A stretch of 64,000 bases of DNA from Alphaproteobacteria bacterium (GCA_965216755.1 CBDCGL010000011.1:2688001-2752000), one strand, 5' to 3'. Shown: positions 40,588 to 50,563, counted from the first letter of the stretch. The notes: generated from the letters alone by a model not told the origin. Made by a program: numbers and translations.

Positions 40588-42609
40588 TCATCTCGATCGC
40601 GGCCGGGCCTCGACCGCTCTCAGAATATCCGCCGATGCGATCCGGTTGACCTCAGCGAGATCGGCGTCGGCCTTTGCCGCGTCACCGAGCGCGGCGTGCG
40701 CACGACCTCGCAAAGCGAGTGCTTCGGCGCGGTAATAGGTGCCAAACAAACCCGTTTCGATCGGTCCATCCAGCAGTTGCAGCACGTGGTTGTGGTCGAG
40801 CAGCTCGGACGCGGCGCGCGCCATGCGAATGACCAACGCGGCGTCGCTTTCCGGCGCCAGCGTCACGGCAACTTTGCGATAGGGCGTTTGATGGCCTGGA
40901 TTGGCCACCAAAAAGGCCACCCGGTCGCGAGGTCGCAGCGGCCCGAGAATGGCCTCGAGCGTGTCCAGCGAATAGATGGGCCGACCGTCGGCATCCAGGA
41001 TCGTGTCACCAGGTCTGAGCCCGGCCGCCTCGGCAGGGCCCAAAGGCGCGACGGAATGGATCTGCAGCCGATTGCCATATTCCGGGCTGCCGACGCGGTC
41101 GAAATAGACGGCACGCAGATGCGCACCCATCCAGGGTATGCGCGGCGTGGCGGGAATTGTCGGTGCGGTGGCAGCGACAGGCGGCGGGTCGTCGAGCGCC
41201 GCAAGTCGGGCCGGATCGGCCTGTTCAACCAAGGACTGATGAATGAACCCGACACCCCCGCCATGCGCGATCCGGTACCATGCGGCGTTTTTCATCCGAC
41301 CGGTTACCGAAACCCTGGCGCCCTTGCCCACAGATCCGATCCGCGCCGATGACGTGGTCGGCGCCTCGCGGATATTGGCGGCGGTCAACACCACAAAGCG
41401 CCCCGCCATCTCCTCGACCTCGCCGAGCGTGCGCTGCTGGGTTGCAGACGCGGCGGACGCGACGGTGAGCGTTTCGTCGGGCGCCGTTTTCACCCGCGCG
41501 ATCTCGACGAACGCGCCATCGGGAAAGGCCTTCAAATAAGCGGCAAATAACGCGGGATCGTCGCTGTCCTTGATGCTGTCCCAAAACAGGGCATCAGGGT
41601 CCAAATCGGCACGCCGCGAGCCCCCCGCCCCCTCGGCCCGCCGGCGCGCGACCGCGGCGAATGTGCCGTCTGGAAACTGGCGCAAATACTCCTCGTACAG
41701 CGCAGGGTCGTCCGAGTCCTTGATCGTTTCCCAGAACAGGACATCCACAGACGGCCCGGCACCGTCGGAGACAACTTCGACCGTGATATGCGCATCGCCG
41801 AGAAAATAGAAATCGCCGGTCATCGACGAGGATTCCCACGGCACCTGAACGCCGTCGGTGAGTTCTTGAACTTTGACGCGCACCCGCTTGAACACATCAC
41901 CGATTTCCAGGCCCGGAACCGACACCGTTTCAGCAAGCGTCCCCGTGTAAAAGCTGTTCGGCCCATCGCCGTCCAGGGCCACGTGGCCGGGCGCGGTCGC
42001 ATAAGCAATCAGGGTCCCGGACGGCGCGTCGATCGACGCCAGACCGCGCGACAATCCGCGGAAACTCCTGGCATAGGGGTTGTTGCGGCAGGCGTCGAGG
42101 ATAACGATGTTCAGCGGGTTGCCGGCACTGTCCATGCGCGCCAAAAGATAGTCCACATCAACCGCTTCGACCCGCACTTCCTCTTCCGCCTCGATCTGGG
42201 CACCGATTGGAATCATGTAGTTGCGGCCGTCGACCTGAACGCCGTGACCGGCGTAGTAGAACAACCCGACGCCGCCATCCTCTCGCAATCGCTTGCCGAA
42301 CTCGACCACCCCGCGTCGCATTTCGGTTTGGCTCGCATCTTCCAGGGCGATGACATCAAAGCCGACAGCCTCCAAGGCGGCGGCCATGGCACGCGAATCG
42401 TTGACGGGATTAAGCAGCGGCGCGAACGCGTAGCTGGCGTTGCCCATCACCAGCGCCAAACGCGACTCGGCGCGGGCCGGACCATGCACGAACGCGATAA
42501 CGCATAAAGCGGCACAAAGCGACCAGGCCTGCGCAAAAAAGACACGTCGATGCACGTGGCGCGTGGCGGCTCTGGCAAGCAGCCGAAATGTGGCGGATCG
42601 CTGGTTCAC
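40588..42609 (-). CDS. Secreted caspase-family (peptidase C14) protein with SH3b, PDZ and TPR-like domains
   Basis: RLALVMGNASY, YYAGHG, ILDACRNNP; two FWxxIKDSDDPALxxxYLxxFPDGxF repeats; ANIREAPTTSS (SH3b); GPAEAAGLRPGDTI (PDZ). Confidence 0.88.
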   Translation of the reverse strand: MNQRSATFRLLARAATRHVHRRVFFAQAWSLCAALCVIAFVHGPARAESRLALVMGNASYAFAPLLNPVNDSRAMAAALEAVGFDVIALEDASQTEMRRGVVEFGKRLREDGGVGLFYYAGHGVQVDGRNYMIPIGAQIEAEEEVRVEAVDVDYLLARMDSAGNPLNIVILDACRNNPYARSFRGLSRGLASIDAPSGTLIAYATAPGHVALDGDGPNSFYTGTLAETVSVPGLEIGDVFKRVRVKVQELTDGVQVPWESSSMTGDFYFLGDAHITVEVVSDGAGPSVDVLFWETIKDSDDPALYEEYLRQFPDGTFAAVARRRAEGAGGSRRADLDPDALFWDSIKDSDDPALFAAYLKAFPDGAFVEIARVKTAPDETLTVASAASATQQRTLGEVEEMAGRFVVLTAANIREAPTTSSARIGSVGKGARVSVTGRMKNAAWYRIAHGGGVGFIHQSLVEQADPARLAALDDPPPVAATAPTIPATPRIPWMGAHLRAVYFDRVGSPEYGNRLQIHSVAPLGPAEAAGLRPGDTILDADGRPIYSLDTLEAILGPLRPRDRVAFLVANPGHQTPYRKVAVTLAPESDAALVIRMARAASELLDHNHVLQLLDGPIETGLFGTYYRAEALALRGRAHAALGDAAKADADLAEVNRIASADILRAVEARPRSR

Positions 42610-42719
42610 AACGCCTTTATGCTAGGCGTCAACCCCCTGTAGGACAAGGCCTTTGGTACCACTTGCGGCGAATGCCTGGGGACACGCGCGACCTTGAGGC
42701 CCGGCGTGTCCCTGCCCGA

Positions 42720-45125
42720 TCACATCGAATAGCGACCATAGAGCGACAGCTGGGCGGCTTCGAATTCGACGCCTTCGCCCACGTCTTCGTCGTCCATGAA
42801 GTCGAATTCATCTGGCAGCGCCTTGGACCGCAGCACTTTGCCTTCCGGGCCGCGCGGCAGCGCGTTGGTGGGTCCATATTCGGCTTCCAGCTCGGCCACC
42901 TCGGCATCGGTTAGCTTGGTCACAGAAACCGGCGCGCCCTTGAGGTGCGGGACCCCCTGTTCGGCGTCGACCGACGACAAATCTTCATCTTCGGCCAGCT
43001 GCGCCTCGCAGAACGACCACAAGCCCGAAAGGTGTTCGCCACCTTGGCGCGATTCCGGCTTCCACCAGCCGTGCGGAATACGCACCAAGCCCCTTGGCAT
43101 GCTGGAGCGCGCAAAGACACGCCCGAGCATGGCACCGGTCGGCGTCGCGACCCGCGCCCAGGCGCCGTCGGCAATGGCAAGCGTCTGCGTGTCTTCGGGG
43201 TTCATAAAGAAAAGCGGATCCTCGGCGCGCTTGCGCAGCTCCGGCACCTGGCGGTGGCCCGAGCGGAAAAACTCGTCCTCGGGCAAACCGACAAATGAGG
43301 TGAACGGATAGGCCGTGCTGGTGCCAGGTCCCTCGCGATAATAGGGCAACGGATCGAAGCCGAGCGCCGCCAAGACTTCCGAATAGAACTCGACCTTGCC
43401 CGACGGCGTGGCGAAACCGGTCTTGAGATATTTGCGCGCACCATCCTCGGCGGCTTGGCCCTTGTGCAGGATCGGCGGAATGCCGGCGGCGACCACCTCC
43501 GCCCAGGTCTTGCCGCCAGGCTCCAAGCGATAGTCGAACATCTGTTCCGGTGTCGCCCACGGGAATTGCGCGGCCAAACCCATGCGTTTTGCAAGCGCGT
43601 GCCAGAAATACACCACGTTGCGGCACTCGCCCGGCGGTTCCATCGCTTGTTCACTGATGCCGGCCTGCATGCTGGGGCGTTCGGTCCACGCGTCGCCCGG
43701 CAACACATAATCGGCAATCTGTGCGGTCGGCGACATGGCGTGTTCGAAGGCGACGATCAGGTCTTGCTTCATCAAGCCTTCGTAGGCGCGCTTGGTATTG
43801 GCATAGGCGGCCAGCACATTGTTGGCCATCGCGAACAAAGCACGGACCGGATAGGGGTGGCTTTCCGCCATTGCCTTGAACACCGCCATCGGGTGCGCCA
43901 TGTAGCAGCCGCCGACCAGATTTGCCCACCGGATTCCCCATACTTTTTCTGACGCGTCACAAAAAGCGCCGGTGCCACGATAGGTAAAGGCCGGAAACTG
44001 ATCCGAACCCAGTTGCTTCGCCTTTTGCTCCGGCGCCAGCACTTCGTGCATTTCAATCTCGGAATCCGACCGCACCGCCGGATTGAAGCCGATCAGCTGA
44101 TCGCCGCCGGGCACATCGAGATGGCCGCACAACGCGCGCAGCATGCATTGCAACCGAATGGCGGACGTGCTGGAGACCTGTTGATCAGTCACCGGCGTCC
44201 AGGGAATGCAGGCCGGGCCGCTGGTTGCGTACATGCGCGCGCCCGCGGCGATCAACTCAGCATCAACGCCGGTAATCTCGGCCACCCGATCAAGCGGATA
44301 TTCGCGCGCCCGTTCGGCGAGGGCGTCGAAGCCAACCGTCCAATCCCGCACGAACTCTTTATCGTACAGCTCTTCGGAAATGATCACGTTCAGCCAACCA
44401 AGCAATAGTGCAGCATCGGTGCCCGAACGCAGCGGCAACCACAAATCGGCACGCTCGGCGTTTTCGCTGCGCCGTGGGTCGATAACGATCAGCTTGGCGC
44501 CGCCGGCTTGCGCCATGCGGATCGCCTTGTATTCCATGGTCCAGCTATGGCGGCGCGGATCGTGGCCGATCAACACGATACATTTTGATTTGAGAATGTC
44601 CGCGCGCGGAAACCAGCCATACACATAGCGATTGATCGCCGCGGTGTTGCCCGCGCAATAGGCCACGCCGCCGATCCAATTGGGCGAACCGACATGGTTC
44701 ATAAAGCGGCGGCAGAGGCCATTGTCACCCAGCCCGGTGGCGCCGCTTTGGGCGACGGCAAACGCCTCTGGACCATATTGGTCGATGACCTTTTGCAGAC
44801 GCGTGGCGATATCGTCCATTGCCTCGTCCCAGGTCACGCGTTGCCATTCGCCACCCCCGCGCGCGCCGACCCGCTTGAGCGGATAAAGCACCCGGTCCGG
44901 GTGGGCGAAATGCTTGGGCGCGTAAGCGCCTTTCATACACAGCACGCCCCGAAACAGCGGGTGGTCGCGCGTGGTGATTTTGACCACGCGGCCGTCTTCG
45001 ATCTTGGCCGACACCGGGCAAAACCCATCGCAGCTGGTGCAGACAACCGATTTCAGCACGTCCCGCTGGTCATTGTCGGAACCGATGATTTCATCAATGT
45101 CTGTCGGACTTTGATCATCAAGCAT
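42720..45125 (-). CDS. Molybdopterin (bis-PGD) enzyme, acetylene hydratase-like
   Basis: CTSCDGFC..LCMKG 4Fe-4S motif, RRFMNHVGSPNW, YCAGNT, DPRRS, GTDAAL, IPW..TD.Q, ADYVLPGDAWTERP, TPSGKVE, RIPHGWW. Confidence 0.85.
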   Translation of the reverse strand: MLDDQSPTDIDEIIGSDNDQRDVLKSVVCTSCDGFCPVSAKIEDGRVVKITTRDHPLFRGVLCMKGAYAPKHFAHPDRVLYPLKRVGARGGGEWQRVTWDEAMDDIATRLQKVIDQYGPEAFAVAQSGATGLGDNGLCRRFMNHVGSPNWIGGVAYCAGNTAAINRYVYGWFPRADILKSKCIVLIGHDPRRHSWTMEYKAIRMAQAGGAKLIVIDPRRSENAERADLWLPLRSGTDAALLLGWLNVIISEELYDKEFVRDWTVGFDALAERAREYPLDRVAEITGVDAELIAAGARMYATSGPACIPWTPVTDQQVSSTSAIRLQCMLRALCGHLDVPGGDQLIGFNPAVRSDSEIEMHEVLAPEQKAKQLGSDQFPAFTYRGTGAFCDASEKVWGIRWANLVGGCYMAHPMAVFKAMAESHPYPVRALFAMANNVLAAYANTKRAYEGLMKQDLIVAFEHAMSPTAQIADYVLPGDAWTERPSMQAGISEQAMEPPGECRNVVYFWHALAKRMGLAAQFPWATPEQMFDYRLEPGGKTWAEVVAAGIPPILHKGQAAEDGARKYLKTGFATPSGKVEFYSEVLAALGFDPLPYYREGPGTSTAYPFTSFVGLPEDEFFRSGHRQVPELRKRAEDPLFFMNPEDTQTLAIADGAWARVATPTGAMLGRVFARSSMPRGLVRIPHGWWKPESRQGGEHLSGLWSFCEAQLAEDEDLSSVDAEQGVPHLKGAPVSVTKLTDAEVAELEAEYGPTNALPRGPEGKVLRSKALPDEFDFMDDEDVGEGVEFEAAQLSLYGRYSM

Positions 45126-45416
45126 CGCCACGCACTCCAGTTGCGAACCCAGCTCACACGTTCTGCGTGTGGTTGTCGACAGCATGATAACGGCGTGTGC
45201 GGGACCGGACAATCTGGGCACCCGAGCATCTGCCAAGCGTCAGACGCATGTCGGTGGAACGGTTTTAGTGCTCTCCGACCGCGTTTCGGGCATCGGCAGG
45301 CAAGCCACAGGCGAGAAGCTGTGTTTCCCGATATGTTCGTGTGATCAGGACCGACATGATCTAGTAAGGACGCACCCACAGTGCAAACATGGGGTGTATC
45401 CAACGGGAGGCGCGTT

Positions 45417-46694
45417 ATGAACCGGCTCGAGGACATCGCAAATCACGCTATGGCCGGAACGGCGGCAGGTTCGCCGGCCTTTGTGCCACCCCTCCAACTC
45501 ACGCAAGGGCAGCCGCCACCCGTCGCCGCCAATGGCGGCTTGTCGTATATGGCGTTCGATCGGAAAGGCGATGGCGGAACCGCCGCGGCGACCGCGGCGG
45601 CGCTTGCGCAGATTGCCGAGGGCAAGGGGCAAGCGGTGATCGACAGGCTGGACAGTGCGCCCCCCGGGCCCATCGAGACCCAATGGGGCATCGGGTTTCG
45701 CACCTATGAAGAGTGCCTTGACCATATTCGGGCGAACAACATCGAAGTGCCCGAAGGCGGCCTTGCGCTGCCGCTTCGCTACACGATCCATGAAGAGCCG
45801 ACCTACACCGTTGTCCCCTCCAACGCGCTCTGGCGCGACCCGGGGCGCGCGGCCGACGCAAAAGCGTTGCGCCAGGAAGAGCGGGACATCGCGCGGCGCT
45901 GCCTCTATTTCCCACACGTGATGCGCGATGCGCGGCGCTTGGAGGCATACTACCCGGGTCTTTCGCCCGAGAGCCCGGACTGCATGGATAAGCTTGGGCT
46001 GGCGTTGGCGCACTGCGAATCCAAGTGTGAGAATTTCTACGACTCGGCCGAAGTGGAGCGCGTGTTCTATCCCGAGATGGAACAACTCCTGCTAGCGTTT
46101 TTCCCCGACGCGACCGACGCGTTCGTCTACAACCACGATGTGTTCGACCAGGACTACCAGGGCGACCGCACCGAGGACCAGGACGCCAAGAACCCGGGGG
46201 TCAACGCCCGTTACGCCAACATCGTGCACAATGATCTGAACGACAATAGCGGTCGCGTGAGCTGCCGCGAACTGCTGACCAAGAACCTGCGCAACTTCGG
46301 GCGTGCGCAGCACTATACGGAAGCGGAAGCCGACGCGAAGATGTCGCGCCGGTTCATGTCCATCAACCTTGCCAAGCCGATGGAAACCGTGCGCCAGAAT
46401 CCGTTCGTGCTGTGCGCCTGGCCTTCTTTCGCCGCCCAGCCGTACATCAACAACTATCGGATCTACGACGACCGCGTCGGCGAGACCACTCGCTTCACCT
46501 ACCGCCCGAACCACGAGTGGTACTGGTTTCCTCAGCAGGCGCCCACCGAGGTTTCCATACTGAAATGCTACGATTCCATCACTGATAACTCCGTGTCGCG
46601 CTATTCGTTTCACACGGCCTGCATCGACCCGACCGCGCCGGACGACGCACCCTGCCGCAGGAACGTCGTTGTCCGGTCGTTCGTCTTTTTTTAG
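45417..46694 (+). CDS. CmcJ/NvfI family protein with long N-terminal extension
   Basis: C-terminal half VHNDL (HxD), PFVLC, DRVGE, HEWYWFP, KCYDS, FHTAC.DP.AP; RBS GGGAGG. Confidence 0.8.
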   Translation: MNRLEDIANHAMAGTAAGSPAFVPPLQLTQGQPPPVAANGGLSYMAFDRKGDGGTAAATAAALAQIAEGKGQAVIDRLDSAPPGPIETQWGIGFRTYEECLDHIRANNIEVPEGGLALPLRYTIHEEPTYTVVPSNALWRDPGRAADAKALRQEERDIARRCLYFPHVMRDARRLEAYYPGLSPESPDCMDKLGLALAHCESKCENFYDSAEVERVFYPEMEQLLLAFFPDATDAFVYNHDVFDQDYQGDRTEDQDAKNPGVNARYANIVHNDLNDNSGRVSCRELLTKNLRNFGRAQHYTEAEADAKMSRRFMSINLAKPMETVRQNPFVLCAWPSFAAQPYINNYRIYDDRVGETTRFTYRPNHEWYWFPQQAPTEVSILKCYDSITDNSVSRYSFHTACIDPTAPDDAPCRRNVVVRSFVFF

Positions 46695-46878
46695 GAAACA
46701 CTGAGGCGCGACGCCACTTCCGATCCTGGAACGGGGTTTCGATGCCCGGATTGTGTCGATAGGCGACCGCAACCGAATCTGTAATTGGGCCTGTCTTAGG
46801 CATGTTGATACCGATGGCGCGCAGTCGTAGTGTCTTGATCTGACCTGTAATCGGCTAGACCATTTGGGGTCGACGACC

Positions 46879-49800
46879 ATGGCCGAGGCGACGGATCCGA
46901 AACAAAGACTGGCGGCAATTCTGGCCGCAGACGTGGCCGGTTACTCGCGCCTCATGCAAGCCGATGAGCGGGCGACCATCGCCACGCTTAATGAATATCG
47001 CGGCTTGTTCCGTACCGAGATCGAGACCCATGGCGGCCGGGTGGTCGACATGGCCGGTGACAGCGTCCTTGCCGTTTTCGACTCCGCTATTGGCGCGGTG
47101 ACCGCGGCGGTGCAGATCCAGGGCGAGCTGGCGCAGCGCAACGAAGCTTTGCCCGACGACCGACGCATGGCGTTTCGCATCGGCGTCAATCTGGGCGACA
47201 TTTTCGAACAAACCGACGGCACGGTCTACGGCGACGGCGTCAATGTGGCCGCCCGCCTGGAAGCCATGGCCAGCCCCGGTGGCATCAATGTGTCGGGCAG
47301 CGTGTTCGACAGCGTGCGGTCGAAGGTCGGCGTCTCGTTCGACTTTTTGGGCGAGCAAGACGTCAAAAACATCGCCGACCCGGTCCGTGCGTATCGCGTC
47401 GCGAAAGGGGATCCGCAATCGCCGAACGAACACGCGCGCGCACCGAAACGCAAATGGGTCGCTGGCTTGGCCGCGGCCATTGTCTTGGCCATTGTTGCCG
47501 GCGGGCTGTGGCGTTCAGGCGTGTTCAATCCACCTGGTGCCGATCAATCGGAAACGCCGAACACGGCCATCAACGCCCAGAACGAGGGCGACGGCGCAAC
47601 CGAACACCTGCCACCGACGGACAAAGCGTCTGTCGCCGTATTGCCGTTTCAGAACCTCACCACCGACCCTGAACATGCGTTTCTTGCTGATGGTTTGCAT
47701 GAAAACATCATCGCCACGTTGTCTCAAGCGCGAAGCTTGTTTGTGCCGGCCCGGTTTTCGACGTTGCAATACAAAGATGCCAATGTTGACGTCAAAAACG
47801 TGGCAAGAACCCTTGGCGTCGCACATGTGTTGGAAGGCAGCGTGCAAGCCACCGACCAACGTGTGCGCATCACCATGCAGCTTATCGACGCTGAAAGTGG
47901 CGGCCATGTGTGGGCCGAACGTTACGACCGTCCGCTCGACGACGTCTTTGATCTTCAGGATGAAATTACGTTGGAGGTGGTTCGCGCCTTGCAAGTGCGA
48001 TTGACGGAGGGCGATCAGGCCCTCCGTTGGAGCGGCGGCACACGCAGTCTAGACGCTTGGAAAAGGGTCGAACGCGGGCTGGCCTTGATCCGCCGTTTCA
48101 CCAAGGCGGACAGCATAAAGGCGCGTGCGCTTCTGGAAGAAGCGGTTCAAATCGATCCAAACTATGTCCTGGCATGGTCCTACCTAAGCGTTGCCAATGA
48201 ACAGACATATCGTTACGGCTGGAGCGACGATCCGATATTTCTTGAACGTGCCGAAGAGTATCTAGCCAAGGCACTTGCACTAAACGACGAGCTGGCCGCG
48301 CCTTACATTCCGCTTGCGTATTTGCACCGCACGAGGGGGCGGTTGAAGGAAGGCGTCGCCGCGGCCCAAAAAGCCGTGGAGCTTGATCCGAACGGATCTA
48401 TTTCTCGTGCCGCCTTGGCCGAAATGCTGATCGTAGACGGTCAAATCGAGTCAGCCTTGAACAGCATTGACGAAGCGATGCGCTTCAGTCCGGTATTTCC
48501 AGATTGGTATATGGCAACTAAGGCGCACGCCTTACTGCTGGCCGGCGCTGCGGTCGAAGCCGCTGAGTTGTTGGAAGAATACACTCGGCGGGTCCCCAGC
48601 GATCCTGAAAGTATCTGGCAATTGCCGATTGCTCAGGCCCGCGCGGGGCGGCTCGAACTTGCCGAGCATGCAATCGCGTCCTTGCGACAGGCAGAACCGA
48701 CCGCCTCGATCGAGAGCTTCCGACAATTCGCGAGCCGTGTGTGGCCCTATAGGGACCCGGACATCTTGCAAGGACATATTCGCGTTCTCCGCGATCTCGG
48801 ACTTCCCGAACATCCGCCGCACGCCGATGCGGACAAACCATCGATTGCCGTCCTACCATTTGAAAATCTGTCGGGGGATCCGGAACAAGATTATTTCGCC
48901 AAAGGCATCAGCGAGGAGTTGATCACGGCGCTGGGGCGGTTCCCAGCGCTGCGTGTCGCGGCTCGCGGTGCCTCGTTTCTTTTGGCGGGAGAAGCTCCCG
49001 TCGAAGTTGCCCAAGAGCTCAGTGTTGGTTTCGTGCTCGAAGGCTCGGTGCGCAAATCGGGCAACGCTATTCGCATTGATGCGCGCCTTGCAAGCGCCGA
49101 AGGGAACCAGATTTGGGCCGAACGCTTCGAGCGCGACCTCACCGCAGCGAACTTGTTCGCTATCCAAGATGACATCACATCTCGCGTTTCCGCCCGCATC
49201 GCCAGCGGCCACGGAACAATGGCCGAGGATATCCTTGCGCGGAGGCAAATGAACCGCACCGATGACTTGGGTGCGTACGAATGCTATTTGCGTAGCCTCA
49301 GAATTCTCGATGCACCGAGTCCCGGCATATACGCGGAAGGCCGCGACTGTTTGGAGGCGGCGGTCGTGGCCGATCCGAAATTTGTCGATGGCTGGTATTT
49401 GCTGAAGTACATCTATGAATCAGAGTATTTGTTCGGTTTCAATCCGCGCCCACAACCGCTCGAGCGAGCACTTGACGCGGCACAAAAAGTATTGGCACTT
49501 GACCCCACCCATCCGAAGGGTCTTTACGGTCTCGCGACGATCTACTTCATGCGGCAGGAAATATCCCAATTTTACGATACGGCCAATCGGGCGCTGCGCG
49601 TAAACCCAAACGATACTGAGACGATGTACGATCTGGGCTGGATGATCGCATACGCGGGGCAATGGGAGCGCGGGATCGCCCTCGTCGACCGGGCATTCGA
49701 ACTCAATCCTGCGATTGGCAGTCGGATTTACATTCCAAAATCGATTGATAAGTACCGAAGGTCGGACTTTGTTGGCGCTTTGGCGGCTGCGCAGCGTATC

Positions 49801-50034
49801 AATATGCCCGACTTCTGGCGCGACCGGTTCGTCACCACGATCGCGCTCGCCCAACTTGGGCGCCTCGACGAAGCGCGGCAAAGCCTTGACCGCATGCTCG
49901 AACTGCACCCGGCCTTCGCCGAAGATCCTTGGGGCGAGTGCCGCAAGTGGAATTGGTCGGACGAGCTGATCACACACATTCTCGACGGGTTCAGAAAGGC
50001 TGGGCTCGCCATCCCACCTGATCCGGCCGAGTGA
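46879..50034 (+). CDS. Class III nucleotide cyclase - TM - (TolB-like + TPR) x2 protein
   Basis: AAILAADVAGYSRLM, AGDSV, FRIGVNLGD, YGDGVNVAARLE; one TM; two S(V/I)AVLPFxNL modules each followed by TPRs. Confidence 0.9.
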   Translation: MAEATDPKQRLAAILAADVAGYSRLMQADERATIATLNEYRGLFRTEIETHGGRVVDMAGDSVLAVFDSAIGAVTAAVQIQGELAQRNEALPDDRRMAFRIGVNLGDIFEQTDGTVYGDGVNVAARLEAMASPGGINVSGSVFDSVRSKVGVSFDFLGEQDVKNIADPVRAYRVAKGDPQSPNEHARAPKRKWVAGLAAAIVLAIVAGGLWRSGVFNPPGADQSETPNTAINAQNEGDGATEHLPPTDKASVAVLPFQNLTTDPEHAFLADGLHENIIATLSQARSLFVPARFSTLQYKDANVDVKNVARTLGVAHVLEGSVQATDQRVRITMQLIDAESGGHVWAERYDRPLDDVFDLQDEITLEVVRALQVRLTEGDQALRWSGGTRSLDAWKRVERGLALIRRFTKADSIKARALLEEAVQIDPNYVLAWSYLSVANEQTYRYGWSDDPIFLERAEEYLAKALALNDELAAPYIPLAYLHRTRGRLKEGVAAAQKAVELDPNGSISRAALAEMLIVDGQIESALNSIDEAMRFSPVFPDWYMATKAHALLLAGAAVEAAELLEEYTRRVPSDPESIWQLPIAQARAGRLELAEHAIASLRQAEPTASIESFRQFASRVWPYRDPDILQGHIRVLRDLGLPEHPPHADADKPSIAVLPFENLSGDPEQDYFAKGISEELITALGRFPALRVAARGASFLLAGEAPVEVAQELSVGFVLEGSVRKSGNAIRIDARLASAEGNQIWAERFERDLTAANLFAIQDDITSRVSARIASGHGTMAEDILARRQMNRTDDLGAYECYLRSLRILDAPSPGIYAEGRDCLEAAVVADPKFVDGWYLLKYIYESEYLFGFNPRPQPLERALDAAQKVLALDPTHPKGLYGLATIYFMRQEISQFYDTANRALRVNPNDTETMYDLGWMIAYAGQWERGIALVDRAFELNPAIGSRIYIPKSIDKYRRSDFVGALAAAQRINMPDFWRDRFVTTIALAQLGRLDEARQSLDRMLELHPAFAEDPWGECRKWNWSDELITHILDGFRKAGLAIPPDPAE

Positions 50035-50224
50035 ATTGGCAAGTATCGATCCCTGCCACGGGCAAGGGTTCTCGGACCGTCAATGCTTGCATTTCGCCAG
50101 AAATGAGGAACGCTTGGCCGCGGCCGTCAAAGACATCATCGAGGCGGGCGGGGTTACGGACTATCGGATAGAGAACTCTCTCAACCCAACGGCGTCGAGG
50201 AAGCCCGTGCGCGGACAGCCGCGC

Positions 50225-50563
50225 TTACTCGCAGGACATCGTATGTGGTCCGGAGACCAATTCCTTGAACACTGTCAGGCTTTTGAAATCATATTCAACA
50301 TCGACCATGCCGCTATACGTCTCCAGCTGAACGACGTAACGCTGGTTGGCGTCGTCGAATTCGTAAATCGGCTCGGGCTCGCCGGCAACGTCTTCCTTGA
50401 CCGAGCGAATGGCATCACCAATTTTCTCGTATCGGCGCCATTCTTGGTTCATTTCATCGAAACAATTCATGGACAGGTCGACCGCGACGTCGTCAGCCTG
50501 CGCGGCGGCCATTAACCCACTCGCGACCACGAAGATGCCCCCCCATATCGCCATTCGCATCAT
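50225..50563 (-). CDS. Hypothetical secreted protein
   Basis: RBS GGGAG, signal peptide ending AAQA, acidic mature part with two Cys. Confidence 0.65.
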   Translation of the reverse strand: MMRMAIWGGIFVVASGLMAAAQADDVAVDLSMNCFDEMNQEWRRYEKIGDAIRSVKEDVAGEPEPIYEFDDANQRYVVQLETYSGMVDVEYDFKSLTVFKELVSGPHTMSCE

